The notes under the pieces are model-generated. The model saw nothing but the letters and a program-made list of their open reading frames with translations, did no database searches and was not told the DNA's origin. This document shows, one piece after another, positions 10,369 to 21,350 of a stretch of 64,000 nucleotides of DNA (positions within the stretch are counted from its first letter, which is position 1; each line of letters starts with the position of its first letter). Origin of the DNA: Promethearchaeota archaeon (GTDB taxonomy: Archaea > Asgardarchaeota > Lokiarchaeia > Sigyniarchaeales > SOKP01); NCBI GenBank assembly GCA_019058445.1, contig JAHPZA010000001.1:106203-170202 (forward strand), read 5' to 3'. The position numbers and the translations under genes are program-made.

Positions 10369-10950
10369 ATGTTAAGCTTATATAATGCATTCGTAATTTA
10401 TTTTACTTGCTTACTTTTGATTGAATTCCTTATCATCATTCTACTTTACAGCCATTCTAATTTTTTTGAGACAGACAGTTTGTTTTCAATGCGTGTTTCG
10501 ATGAAGAAACGATATATGAATGATGAACTCAAATATTATCGTTACTTTTACCAAAAAATTAAAGTAAAACCGGAAAATATTATAATTGTAGGGAATTTTG
10601 TCTTTTTTTTCGTTAAAGGGAGTGATTTTTTCAAAGTAAAGGCCCATTTGGGCTCATTAAGAAGGAATCTAGGAAGTAAGGTGCTAATAATAAGGGCAGA
10701 GAATACATTGATAACTCTGCTATTCAGCTTTTTTCCCGACCTTTATATTCATGACATAGTGAGTATTATGAACAAATATACAGGGAATATAAATATTACG
10801 ATTTATTTTATATCTTTTGAAGAGAGAGGGATTGCTATTGGGCGAAATGGGGAATATATTAAAGCAGTTAACGAAATTTTTAAAAAATATATTACTTTTG
10901 AAAAAGACATCGATTCTATTAAAATCAAATGTGAATTTTTTCAACTTTGA
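10369..10950 (+). CDS. KH-domain NusA-like protein (true start probably ~10489-10516)
   Basis: ERGIAIGRNGEYIKAVN KH GxxG loop. Confidence 0.6.
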   Translation: MLSLYNAFVIYFTCLLLIEFLIIILLYSHSNFFETDSLFSMRVSMKKRYMNDELKYYRYFYQKIKVKPENIIIVGNFVFFFVKGSDFFKVKAHLGSLRRNLGSKVLIIRAENTLITLLFSFFPDLYIHDIVSIMNKYTGNINITIYFISFEERGIAIGRNGEYIKAVNEIFKKYITFEKDIDSIKIKCEFFQL

Positions 10951-10955
10951 AGTCC

Positions 10956-11720
10956 TTACCAAGGGACATCTTTTAAACCTAATATAAACGCAATAGTATT
11001 AGCAATTACACTTACGCTGGGGGTTAAAATCATAAGAAATATGATTATATTAATATCTGGAATCCAAAATAATTCCGGTAATAATAATGCGGGAATAGAT
11101 GCTAAGATTATAGCAAAGAAAGCAAAATCCAATTGATCAATGATAGGTGCTGGTGCTCCGCTCTCAAGATTGAATCGACGTTTTAAGAAGGAACCAATCA
11201 AATCACCAATCGCGGCACCATACGCACATAGAATAATTCTTATAATAAGAGAAATAAATCCTGATGGAAAGGTTCCTCCGATGAAATAATATTTATAATA
11301 AGAAATATCTTCATAAATTACAAATAATCCTTCTTTTGCAGACCCTTTTTGGTATTCAGCAATATAAGGCCAAAAAATTAGAAATAAAAACCCTACTGCA
11401 ACAGATATAGGAATTCCAATATATAAAGGTCCCTTGATTAATCCATTCCAAGTCTTATGATCTCCAAAAATCCTCCTTCCATCACTCCAATTTCTCCCTC
11501 CATCTATGGGTTTACCACCTCCTACAAGAACCATTCCAGCATTTGAGAGATAAGCAGGAAAAATAAAGAGGAGACTAAAAACTAGAATCGAAATCCAATC
11601 AGAATAACTATAAAGTAGAGTTATAATGAGGAAGTCTAAAAACAACAAACTTGCAAAAAAAATCGTTAATCCAAATGTTATTTTTTTATGCTTCTGTTCT
11701 ATAGTATTATTTTCATCCAC
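10956..11720 (-). CDS. carS: CDP-archaeol synthase
   Basis: PAYLSN, PIDGG, DGRRIFGDHKTW, GDLIGSFLKRR, DQLDF, LKDVPW. Confidence 0.93.
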   Translation of the reverse strand: MDENNTIEQKHKKITFGLTIFFASLLFLDFLIITLLYSYSDWISILVFSLLFIFPAYLSNAGMVLVGGGKPIDGGRNWSDGRRIFGDHKTWNGLIKGPLYIGIPISVAVGFLFLIFWPYIAEYQKGSAKEGLFVIYEDISYYKYYFIGGTFPSGFISLIIRIILCAYGAAIGDLIGSFLKRRFNLESGAPAPIIDQLDFAFFAIILASIPALLLPELFWIPDINIIIFLMILTPSVSVIANTIAFILGLKDVPW

Positions 11721-11956
11721 GATGTATCCTTCTAATTATAAGAAATTTGAGAAAATTAGATAATTAAATGTTGTTTTATTAATAATATTATTTTTTTAAA
11801 ATTTTTATTAATATGCACTTAACTGATATTGTTTGGCAAATAATTATCTTTAAAATTACCGACAATAATATTGTTAATTATTGATAAGGGAATTTAATTT
11901 AGACTTTATATTAAGCATTTAACATTTATATTTTGATTTGACTATTAATAAGTAAC

Positions 11957-12058
11957 TTTATAAATGGGTTTCGACTGCAATATATACAATGAAATGGTTC
12001 TTGAAGTTGGAAACGATGACCAAAATCTGCATTTTTAGAACCATTTTTTCGATTGGAA
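11957..12058 (+). promoter_or_regulatory. Putative cdc6 promoter with mini-ORB-like motifs
   Basis: TTTATAAA box at ~11957; TTTCGACTGCAA (11969), TGAAGTTGGAAAC (12002), TTTCGATTGGAA (12047). Confidence 0.35.
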
Positions 12059-12079
12059 TGATTAATAAGGTGCAACGAT

Positions 12080-13375
12080 GTGTTGAAAGATCCAAAGGAA
12101 TTTAACATAGACAAATTCTACGAAAAATATAGAAATGGACCGAAGATTTTTAAAAAGAGAGGTGCCTTAGAGCCATCATTTATACCAGATGAATTACCTC
12201 ATAGAGATGCACAAATCCAAAAAGTTGCTGAATTAACGGCTTGTGCCTTGCTTGGAGACACTCCACCAAGCTTTTTATGCTATGGGCCAACAGGTACAGG
12301 TAAAACGGCAACAATTCGTTACGTGAGTCAAAAATTAGAACAACAATGTACACAAGATAAGCCATGGTGGATTTACATTAATTGCAGCGTAGTTTCTACC
12401 CCCTATCGGATTTTAGCTCACATTTATAATAGGATTTCTGGTTCTGAAAAGATACCTCCAACAGGGCTTCCAAAAGATATTATCTTTAAAAAACTCTTAG
12501 GTATTTTAGATCAAAAGGTACAATCTATATGTTTTTTGGTTTTTGATGAAATAGATATGTTAACTGAGAAAAAAAAGGGAACAAAAATTTTATACGATTT
12601 AACACGATTAAATGAGAACTTAGATTCCTGTAAAACGAGTGTAATTGGGATTTCAAACAAGTTAAAATTCAAAGAATATTTAGATCCAAGAGTGATATCA
12701 AGTTTAGGACAAGAACACATAGTTTTTCCGTCTTATAATGCTGATGAGTTAAGAGATATCCTCAATGAAAGAGCAAAGATTGCATTCCATGAAGGAGTTA
12801 TAAAGGATGACGTAATTCCTTTATGTGCGGCATTGGCAGCCAAGGAACATGGAGATGCTAGAAAAGCGCTGCAATTGTTAAGAAAAGCAGGAGAGTTGGC
12901 AGCAAGAGCTCAAAATAAATTAGTGACACATAAGCATTTAGAAGATGCTCAAAAAGATTTAGATCAAGACCATATTGTCGATTACATTAAAGGGTTGCCC
13001 CTTCAAGCTCAAGTAGTGTTAGCTGCGATCTTTTTAATTTCAAAATATGACCCTAATCATATTATAATTTCAGGTGACATTTATGATATCTATTTCGAAT
13101 TAACCCAAAAAATACCCGGAATCCGCAGATTAACAGAGAGAAGAATAAGTGATTACATTAATGAATTAGATCAGGCAGGCATAATTATTACAAATTTAAA
13201 GTCAGCAGGTCATTATGGGAGGACAAAAATCATCAAATTAGACATAGATTTAGAGTTATTAGAAAATATTTTCTTGGAAATTGACAAATTTCAGAACATA
13301 ATAAATTATAAACCAGTGTTTCTTCAATCCGATAAAGTTAAAGTCAAAAATAACATTTACAAAAAACTAATTTAA
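12080..13375 (+). CDS. cdc6: Orc1/Cdc6 replication initiator
   Basis: LPHRD, GPTGTGKT, FDEID, LDPRVISSL, HGDARKAL, C-terminal wHTH GHYGRT. Confidence 0.96.
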   Translation: MLKDPKEFNIDKFYEKYRNGPKIFKKRGALEPSFIPDELPHRDAQIQKVAELTACALLGDTPPSFLCYGPTGTGKTATIRYVSQKLEQQCTQDKPWWIYINCSVVSTPYRILAHIYNRISGSEKIPPTGLPKDIIFKKLLGILDQKVQSICFLVFDEIDMLTEKKKGTKILYDLTRLNENLDSCKTSVIGISNKLKFKEYLDPRVISSLGQEHIVFPSYNADELRDILNERAKIAFHEGVIKDDVIPLCAALAAKEHGDARKALQLLRKAGELAARAQNKLVTHKHLEDAQKDLDQDHIVDYIKGLPLQAQVVLAAIFLISKYDPNHIIISGDIYDIYFELTQKIPGIRRLTERRISDYINELDQAGIIITNLKSAGHYGRTKIIKLDIDLELLENIFLEIDKFQNIINYKPVFLQSDKVKVKNNIYKKLI

Positions 13376-14055
13376 CTCATAAACTCCCATTTATTAATAT
13401 TTTCTGCTATTTCACGTAAAAAGTTTGTAGCAGACTTTTCATCTTTTTCTCTTAGTAAAAGGAATAACTTAGCTAAATGCTTACAAAATTTCTTATTTTG
13501 TGATCTTCTCGTTTGGAAATCATGACAGTTATGGATTAGTTTTTGGTTGTTAGTATTAATATCAATCACATAAGGTTCTTTTTTTGAGCCCATATACTCT
13601 GATTTAATACTTCCTTTTTCAAAATTAAATTCATTTATTTTAAAATCTTGTTCTGAAATAGATACTGTCCTATTTATCGTTCCTTTATCTAAGAAAGCTT
13701 TTAAAAGGATATTAAAATTCGAAGTTTTATCCGTTTTAAAGTTATTCACAGCTCTACTATCCCGTTGAGCGCCATCTATTTTGGATATAATTATCTCTTT
13801 TCTTTCCAGTTGCCAATTATTTAGCATTTTCTTTAAATTTCGAGATAATGTAAGAGTTTTTTGCTCATCTATTTCCAATAATTTATTATCAATAGAATTT
13901 TGAATAAATTTTTCCGCATTTTGAGGAGGAAACAGAAATAATTCAAATGAAATTTTATACATTAAATCATTTAGGGCTATGTGAGGAAGGTCTATAATTT
14001 TCCAAATATACAAAACAAGATCTGACGGATTTTTACGAGGAATTGCAAAATTCAT
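13372..14055 (-). CDS. SWIM zinc-finger domain protein
   Basis: HNCHDF...KFCKHL. Confidence 0.7.
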   Translation of the reverse strand: MNFAIPRKNPSDLVLYIWKIIDLPHIALNDLMYKISFELFLFPPQNAEKFIQNSIDNKLLEIDEQKTLTLSRNLKKMLNNWQLERKEIIISKIDGAQRDSRAVNNFKTDKTSNFNILLKAFLDKGTINRTVSISEQDFKINEFNFEKGSIKSEYMGSKKEPYVIDINTNNQKLIHNCHDFQTRRSQNKKFCKHLAKLFLLLREKDEKSATNFLREIAENINKWEFMS

Positions 14056-14090
14056 TTAGATTCAAATTTTAAATCTATAATTATAATAAA

Positions 14091-15881
14091 TTAATGATTC
14101 TTAAAATCAATTGGGCTTGGATTAAGAGTATTTAGCTCAATAATTGGCACGATACCTGGTGTAGGATGGATCCCGAAGCTCTTCATAAAGTCTGTTTGAG
14201 ATTGAAAACATCCTGAGTTGACTAAGGGCACATTATTATAATCTCCCATTCCAAAAATATGTACATGTCCTGTATGAAATATATCAGGAATTTTATCAAT
14301 TACAAGCCAATCTTTATTCACTGGAGCAATTTGTGTCTTTTTTCCAAAAATGGGTGCCAAATGTCTACAAATCAGTAACTCTTTCATTGTTTCGATTGGA
14401 TTATTATTATCTAATCCAGGAATCAATTGATTCATATCAATTAAGCTATCTCCATGGAAAACAAGTGTTTTTACATTATGAGTTTTAATCACAGCTGGAT
14501 TTCCAATACATTTAACTCCATTATTAATTAAGGGTTCAACATACTTTTTTGGCACAGCAGGTCGAGGAATAGCATTCCTTACGGGTTCATGATTACCAGA
14601 ACTATAAAAAATCTTAATATAATCGGGAATTTCAGAAAGTAATTCCGAAGCTTTTTCATATTGATGATATAAATCTTTAATTATAAGGTCTTCCTCCTGC
14701 ATAGGATAAACACCTATTCCGTCGATTAAATCTCCATTAATAACAAGATATTTTATCTTTCCAGCAATTTCTCTTAATTTTTTATTGCCAATTTTGCCAT
14801 TTAAGAACATTACAAATCTATTCCATAGATCCTCCTCAAATTCCTTACTTCCAATATGAGTATCAGAGATAAGGGTTATTGATAGAGGCTCAGAAGAGAC
14901 TTCTGGTTGAAAGTCTTGGGGAATATCAATTTTTGTTAAATTATTTGAAAACATTATACCCTTTTTCCCATTTTCTCCTGGATTATAAGTCCCATCTACA
15001 AAAATCATCTGATCTAGAATTGTCCTTCCAAGGGTTTTAATTATTTCTTGATCTTCAATATCTTTTCTAATAATAACATTAATTTTACCAGTTTTATCTT
15101 CTAAGGTTAAAAAATAATTTCCGTTTTTAGTTTTTCTTATTTCATTGACCATTCCAATAACAGCAATCTCTTGGCTTTTTGTATTCCTTAAAACATTATT
15201 AATCGTTGTAGCTGAGAGAGTATCGCCTCGATTTTTCATCAATTTTGAAAGTTGGTTAAACTTATCTATAGTCAGTTCATAAAACTCATCATAATCTCCT
15301 TTTGTGTATATTTTTCCTGTTGGATCCTTTAAGACGTCATATTCAAAACTGTATTCTTTTGCAATTGGTTTATATATCAGAGATGATTTTGCAGACTCAG
15401 TTGGTCTAATCCTAAGTGCTTCTTTTACTATTTTTTCGGGAGATTTATATGATTTTGAACTTTCTTGAAAGTGTACTTTTGTACCATCACTTTCGGCTTT
15501 AATTTTTTTGAAATCTTTTGATATGATATGATGTTTTTGCTCTTTATCAGATGTTTCTGAGAGATTTTTAGAATTTTCAAGTGGAATTATAGTAGTATCC
15601 CTCTTATTTGAAGTTTCATAAGAGAGCGTAAGTTCTTCTTTCATTGAAAGCCTGTTTAAAGCTTTTTGGATTTCTTCGTTGGAAATCGTTTTTAAAATAT
15701 GTTTAGTAAGATGTCCATTGAATGTTGGTATAAAACTTACTTCTCTGATGATCTGGTCGGTAAAAGCGACAGGATCATTGAGATTACTAATAAAATCCAG
15801 CATAAATGGCGTTAAATTTATTCCAGAATCAACAAATTTTTTAAGAATTAGGTTATGTTTCTCTGAATTTAATTCATTCAA
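14091..15881 (-). CDS. polB: DNA polymerase D small (proofreading) subunit DP1
   Basis: OB fold plus phosphoesterase motifs SDTHIGS, GDLIDG, GNHE, FHGDS, HTGHVH. Confidence 0.95.
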   Translation of the reverse strand: MNELNSEKHNLILKKFVDSGINLTPFMLDFISNLNDPVAFTDQIIREVSFIPTFNGHLTKHILKTISNEEIQKALNRLSMKEELTLSYETSNKRDTTIIPLENSKNLSETSDKEQKHHIISKDFKKIKAESDGTKVHFQESSKSYKSPEKIVKEALRIRPTESAKSSLIYKPIAKEYSFEYDVLKDPTGKIYTKGDYDEFYELTIDKFNQLSKLMKNRGDTLSATTINNVLRNTKSQEIAVIGMVNEIRKTKNGNYFLTLEDKTGKINVIIRKDIEDQEIIKTLGRTILDQMIFVDGTYNPGENGKKGIMFSNNLTKIDIPQDFQPEVSSEPLSITLISDTHIGSKEFEEDLWNRFVMFLNGKIGNKKLREIAGKIKYLVINGDLIDGIGVYPMQEEDLIIKDLYHQYEKASELLSEIPDYIKIFYSSGNHEPVRNAIPRPAVPKKYVEPLINNGVKCIGNPAVIKTHNVKTLVFHGDSLIDMNQLIPGLDNNNPIETMKELLICRHLAPIFGKKTQIAPVNKDWLVIDKIPDIFHTGHVHIFGMGDYNNVPLVNSGCFQSQTDFMKSFGIHPTPGIVPIIELNTLNPSPIDFKNH

Positions 15882-16129
15882 TATAAATCCATCCGTAGGT
15901 GAATTATAATATTTATTGTAAAGTTAAATTAAATCATTTGTTATTAAAGGAAAAACATTTTTTCTTTTTATATAATAAGGCAGTGATAAATTAACAATCT
16001 CTCTTGATTAAAAAACAAAATCGAATAGTGGATTAATAACTGTATTTATTTTTCACAGAAGAATAATCATATTATATTCGGAGAATATTTTATTAATAAC
16101 TCCAAAATTAGATTGTAAGGTTTTAATTC

Positions 16130-19100
16130 ATGGTAGAAATGAGTAGGGAGATGCAGAAGTATTTTGAATTATTACAACGTAAAGTTAATCAATGTTATGA
16201 CATTGCTGAAGAAGCCCGTAAAAAGGGTGTTGATCCAGAACTCTCTGTTGAATCACCACAAGCTAAAGATTTAGCTGGAAGAGTAGAGAAGTTAGTAGGT
16301 CCCGAGGGGGTTGCTGAAGTAATAAGGAGCTTAAAAAGGCAGGGGCAAAGCGATGATAAAATTACATTTCATATTGTATCAGATATTTTAGATGGGAAAA
16401 TTGGTAATATAGAATTGTTGGAAGAGAAAGTAGAGAGAGCAATTAGAGTTGGCTTGGCAATAAAAACCATGGGAGTAGTAAGCGCCCCTCTTGAGGGAAT
16501 TTCAAAAATTAAAGTTCGAAAAGATCAACAAGGAAATCAATATTTATCATTATACTTTGCGGGTCCTATTAGGGCAGCGGGGGGTACTACAGCAGCGTTA
16601 TGTGTGCTTATCGCAGACTATGTAAGAAAAAAATCAAATATTCCAAAGTATACTGCTACTGAAGGAGAGATTGGAAGATATGTGGAAGAAGTAAAATTAT
16701 ATGATAGAAGAGTTCACCTCCAATATCCTTCATCAAATGATGAAATAAGATATGCTGTTGAGCATCTACCAGTTGAGATCAATGGAGACTCGACAGAAAT
16801 TGAGGAGGTTTCGGCATTTAGAGATCTGCCCAGAGTAGAAACTAATAACATCCGAGGAGGTGCTTGTCTCGTATTAAATGACGGAATACTCCTGAAAGCA
16901 CCGAAACTTCTTAAAATAGCTAAAAGTATGAACTTGGAAGGCTGGGATTGGTTAAGTAATTTAAAAAAAATTTCATTAAAAGAAGAAAAATCTGATGAAA
17001 ATAGCAATATTAACGAAAAAAGTCATATTCAAAAGAAACCATTGGAAAAAATATTACCAAATAATAAATTTGTTGCCGATATTATTGCAGGTCGACCAGT
17101 TTTTAGTTACCCATCCGTAATAGGAGGGCATAGGATTAGATATGGTAGATCACGTAATACAGGTTTAGCTGCAGGAGGAATTCATCCAGCGACTATGGCA
17201 TTATTAGATAATTTTATTGCTATCGGAACCCAACTTAGGATAGAGCGTCCTGGAAAAAGTGCGAGTATTTGTCCAGTAAGCAGTATTGAGTCTCCAATCG
17301 TGAAAGTAAAAAATGGGGATATTCTTAGAGTTAACACAATTAAAGAGGCAAATGAAATAGCTCCAGATATTGATCAAATCCTTTTTATTGGTGATATCCT
17401 TTTTGGATTTGGCGAATTTGCTGAAAATAATCATAAATTAGTCCCTTCTGGTTATGTTGAAGAATGGTGGGCTAAAGAATTAGAAGAGGTCGTTCAAAAT
17501 AAAGACAAAGAAATAGAGATCTATTACAAAAAACCTTTCGAAAAGGTGCCAACCCCAGAGGAAGCATTAAAAATCTCTTTGAAGTACAATATCCCTCTGC
17601 ATCCTAAATATTTGGATTTTTGGGGGAACTTAACCGTTGAAGAAATAATAACTTTAAGAGATGAGCTTATAGAAGCATTTGATGAGTCAACAAAAACCAT
17701 TATATTGAAAAATAAAGCCCCGATAAAGCAAATCTTAGAAAGGGCCTTTGTACTTCATATTGTAAAAGATAATAACCTTATATTCTCACAAAATATGACC
17801 CAAATTTATGAAATCATCTTTGACTTACATAATAAAAGAACTATTAAAAAAAGCGACAATGATACGGTATTCACTTATTTCAATAAAATTTCACCCATAA
17901 AAATTAAAAATAAAGCACCTTATTATATGGGAAGTCGCATGGGGCGTCCAGAGAAATCTGAAAGAAAGAGCATGAAAGGCATTCATACATTATTTCCTTT
18001 AAGCGATAAAGTGGGAAATTCTAGACTTGTTGAGAAAGCAATGGAATTAGAAATAAAAGATGATAACAGCGAGGATAATCAAAATAAAGGTCTGAATTTT
18101 GGATCCAAAGAAAAAAAAAATTTTCGAATAAATATAGATGTTTGTAGAAAAGAATGCCCTAGTTGTGGAAGAACTACAATATTCAATTTATGCCCCAAAT
18201 GTAAGGTTCATACAGAACTAAGATCAATCTGTGAAAAATGTAAAAAACGATTTCCGCCAAGCGATCCTAAAGATCAGGCAAAATGCCCTCAATGTGGTGA
18301 AATTTTAAAGAGTTCAAGTCAAACCCCATTTAATATTAAATCATATGTTAATTTTACTTTAAAATCGCTTCAATTACAATTTCCTAAAAAGTTAAAAGGG
18401 ATTTTTGGTTTAACTAATAGCTTTAAAGTTCCTGAACCTATAGAAAAGGGAATTCTCAGAGCAAAAGATGACGTTCTTGTATATAAAACAGCAGAAATTA
18501 GATATGACGCTACAGACATACCTCTTACTCATTTTAAACTAAAAGAAATTGGAACATCCATTGAACAACTCAAAGATCTAGGCTACATGACTGATTATCA
18601 AGGGAATCCTATTGATGATGAAAATCAAATAATTGAATTAAAAGTCCAAGATGTTGTACTCTCTGATGATTGTGCTGATTATTTCGTCAAGATAGCTAAT
18701 TTTGTTGATGATGAATTAGAATATTTTTATAAAATGAATCGCTTTTACAATATCAATAAGAAATCAGATCTTATTGGTCACCTTGCAGTTGGTTTAGCTC
18801 CTCATACTAGTGCAGGGATAATAGGACGAATAATTGGTTTTACCCTTGCAAGATCCATTTATGCTCATCCTTATTGGCATGCCGCCAAAAGAAGAAACTG
18901 TGATGGTGATGAAGATGGGATAATGCTCCTTTTGGATCCTCTTTTAAATTTTTCAAGACACTATTTACCAAGTAAGATTGGAGGAAGGATGGATGCTACA
19001 TTAGTAATAAGTTCACTATTAGATCCAAATGAAATAGATCCAGAAGCACATAATTTGGACACTCTTTGTCAATATCCCCTTGAGTTTTACGAAGCGACTG

Positions 19101-19654
19101 AACGATATGCACCTCCTTCAGAAATAGAAAAAATAATGAACTTAATTAAGAACCGATTAGGATCTAAAGAACAATTCGAGGGAATTGGATTTAACATTCC
19201 AACCACTGATATTAATGAAGGTCCTACAATTTCCAAATACAAGATAGGAGAAATGGATGAAAAAATAGATGCGCAGTTGCATCTCGCAAAAATCATTAAA
19301 GCTGTTGAAGCGAAAAATGTGGCAAAAAAGATTTTATCCTCTCATTTTAATCCCGACATCTTAGGTAATTTGAGAAAATTTGCGGTACAGCAGTTTAGAT
19401 GCGTAAAATGTAATGAAAAATTTAGGAGACCCCCAATTTCGAACGGAGGTAAATGCCCTATCTGTGGAAATAATGTAATTTTAACGGTGAACCGTGGTGG
19501 TATTGAGAAATATATCCCCCGTGCTCTTAAACTATGCAAAGAATTTGATTTAGATAGTTACACACAACAGCGTATGGAATTAATTGAAGAATATGTTGTT
19601 AGTCTTGCGAATAATCCTAAAATCAAACAGCAAAAGTTATCGGACTTCTTTTAA
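16130..19654 (+). CDS. polC: DNA polymerase D large subunit DP2
   Basis: FAGPIRAAGGT, RYGRSRNTG, GSRMGRPEK, KRRNCDGDED, Zn-finger clusters; no intein. Confidence 0.98.
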   Translation: MVEMSREMQKYFELLQRKVNQCYDIAEEARKKGVDPELSVESPQAKDLAGRVEKLVGPEGVAEVIRSLKRQGQSDDKITFHIVSDILDGKIGNIELLEEKVERAIRVGLAIKTMGVVSAPLEGISKIKVRKDQQGNQYLSLYFAGPIRAAGGTTAALCVLIADYVRKKSNIPKYTATEGEIGRYVEEVKLYDRRVHLQYPSSNDEIRYAVEHLPVEINGDSTEIEEVSAFRDLPRVETNNIRGGACLVLNDGILLKAPKLLKIAKSMNLEGWDWLSNLKKISLKEEKSDENSNINEKSHIQKKPLEKILPNNKFVADIIAGRPVFSYPSVIGGHRIRYGRSRNTGLAAGGIHPATMALLDNFIAIGTQLRIERPGKSASICPVSSIESPIVKVKNGDILRVNTIKEANEIAPDIDQILFIGDILFGFGEFAENNHKLVPSGYVEEWWAKELEEVVQNKDKEIEIYYKKPFEKVPTPEEALKISLKYNIPLHPKYLDFWGNLTVEEIITLRDELIEAFDESTKTIILKNKAPIKQILERAFVLHIVKDNNLIFSQNMTQIYEIIFDLHNKRTIKKSDNDTVFTYFNKISPIKIKNKAPYYMGSRMGRPEKSERKSMKGIHTLFPLSDKVGNSRLVEKAMELEIKDDNSEDNQNKGLNFGSKEKKNFRINIDVCRKECPSCGRTTIFNLCPKCKVHTELRSICEKCKKRFPPSDPKDQAKCPQCGEILKSSSQTPFNIKSYVNFTLKSLQLQFPKKLKGIFGLTNSFKVPEPIEKGILRAKDDVLVYKTAEIRYDATDIPLTHFKLKEIGTSIEQLKDLGYMTDYQGNPIDDENQIIELKVQDVVLSDDCADYFVKIANFVDDELEYFYKMNRFYNINKKSDLIGHLAVGLAPHTSAGIIGRIIGFTLARSIYAHPYWHAAKRRNCDGDEDGIMLLLDPLLNFSRHYLPSKIGGRMDATLVISSLLDPNEIDPEAHNLDTLCQYPLEFYEATERYAPPSEIEKIMNLIKNRLGSKEQFEGIGFNIPTTDINEGPTISKYKIGEMDEKIDAQLHLAKIIKAVEAKNVAKKILSSHFNPDILGNLRKFAVQQFRCVKCNEKFRRPPISNGGKCPICGNNVILTVNRGGIEKYIPRALKLCKEFDLDSYTQQRMELIEEYVVSLANNPKIKQQKLSDFF

Positions 19655-19678
19655 TTTTAAGAGAGAAATTTCTATACA

Positions 19679-21040
19679 TTACATAAATCTATTGCTTAAA
19701 ACAGGAGAGCCTACTCTTTGATGCATTCTTCTTCCAGTTGTCCTAAAGATACCGGGCTTACTCTCATTATTTAATAACTTTAAAGATTCAACCATGGTAA
19801 GAAGATCATCTAGATCGTCAAGATATTCTGGATCTCTTTCAGCGCTAATTATTTGTTGTGATAAATCGTCATCATCTGACGTATTAGTCTCTAAAATTTT
19901 AATCCTCTTAGATTTTATATTATATCCCATTTGACCTCCACCCCACGGTGAGTAGTTTTGTTGATAAAGATAGGTAGTGATGTCGGGAGCAAAAGGAAAA
20001 GGATAAGTCCAACAGGAAGCATGAGCCCATAAAATCTGTCCACTTCTATGATTTGCTATATCATGTATAATTTCATCCGAATGAATTTCATTTAGATCAT
20101 AAGCTACAATCAGGCCCTCTGTATTTGTATCAACTTCATTCCAAATTTTAAAAGGTTTTTTAAAAATTTCTGAAGTGGCCAGTGCCAGTATTCGACTAGA
20201 ACGGTCTGGTAAGGACAATATACAGGGTACTTCAATTTTAGCCTTGTCTATTACACTTTTTAATCTGTCAATTCCTTGACGACATAAGGAATAGGAATCA
20301 GAAATATAAGCATAGCGTCCATTCATTTCATCATCTATTCCATAGGGAGATAGATGTAGCAGAATTGAACCATTAAGAACCATATGCCATCCACGTAAAT
20401 CTGTATTATCTAATGAGCGAGAAGTTTTCAAGGTTGATGCTCTTGTTATCATTCCTTTTAAGGAATTTACCATAAATTGAATATCCATATCTTGACTATC
20501 TTGAATAGTAAGAAGAAGTTTCTTGGTTTCATCAATGTTGCCTGTCATTATTCTATTAAATCCTAATAAGTACCTACAAAATTCACTAGTTTCAAGTACT
20601 TCCTTTGCTTCAGTTAATAAATTACAAGCCTCTTGGTTCATCATCATAAATTCTAAATTCACCACTAGCTCAGATAAGATTTTTTCATCTTGAGGTTTTA
20701 TTTTATTTGCTCTTGATAAAAAAGTAGCTGCAATACCATGAGCACTTTCCTCATATAAGTAATATGCGAGGTCATATAATGCATCGATATCATTCGGATT
20801 TTCACGAACATTTTTCACCAAATCCCCCCAATCATCACCAATTAGTTCTCGAGTAATCTTTTCGAATAACTCGATTACATCACCCCATACAGTTTCAAGA
20901 TAAAAATAACCCGGATAATCAAGAATCTCTCTAATATTTGAGTATGCGTCTTGTAACTTTTTTTGTTTCAGATTTTTTAAAAAAGCTCCTCTGATTTGCT
21001 TATATTCTTCTGGAAATTTTACATTGGTATCTTTAGACAT
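19679..21040 (-). CDS. Hypothetical protein with TPR-like helical N-half
   Basis: 453-aa ORF; PNDIDALYDLAYYL TPR-like helices. Confidence 0.55.
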   Translation of the reverse strand: MSKDTNVKFPEEYKQIRGAFLKNLKQKKLQDAYSNIREILDYPGYFYLETVWGDVIELFEKITRELIGDDWGDLVKNVRENPNDIDALYDLAYYLYEESAHGIAATFLSRANKIKPQDEKILSELVVNLEFMMMNQEACNLLTEAKEVLETSEFCRYLLGFNRIMTGNIDETKKLLLTIQDSQDMDIQFMVNSLKGMITRASTLKTSRSLDNTDLRGWHMVLNGSILLHLSPYGIDDEMNGRYAYISDSYSLCRQGIDRLKSVIDKAKIEVPCILSLPDRSSRILALATSEIFKKPFKIWNEVDTNTEGLIVAYDLNEIHSDEIIHDIANHRSGQILWAHASCWTYPFPFAPDITTYLYQQNYSPWGGGQMGYNIKSKRIKILETNTSDDDDLSQQIISAERDPEYLDDLDDLLTMVESLKLLNNESKPGIFRTTGRRMHQRVGSPVLSNRFM

Positions 21041-21235
21041 TTCTATCTATTTATTTTTTCAAATCATGTATAGCAATAACATTCTTCAATTTTGATAGTA
21101 AAGGTTTGTTCATTTAAAATTTTAGCAATTTTACTACTGCAATTTTGTTAAAAAAATATCCCCAATTTGCTTATATAAATGAATTATTGATAACAGAGAA
21201 CGTTTAAGAAATTTTTTTAGAATAACTGTGAAAAA

Positions 21236-21350
21236 TGTAGGAGGGGGGATTTGAACCCCCGAAGGACTATTCCACTAGAGCCTCAGTCTAGCGCCGTAGA
21301 CCAGGTTGCCATAGCTTACCATTAGGTTCAGCTATCTTGGCAACTCCTAC
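21236..21350 (-). tRNA. tRNA-Leu(GAG) with 30-nt D-loop intron (21306-21335)
   Basis: Acceptor GTAGGAG/CTCCTAC, anticodon arm CTAGA-CTGAGGC-TCTAG, long variable arm, GGGGG-TTCAAAT-CCCCC; removing the intron restores the D arm GCC-AAGCCTGGTCTAC-GGC. Confidence 0.92.

Noticed and set aside
16130-19654. Inteins in DP2 (also checked RtcB, Rpo2, Cdc6, NrdD)
   Set aside because: Lengths are normal and no Hint or LAGLIDADG blocks are present
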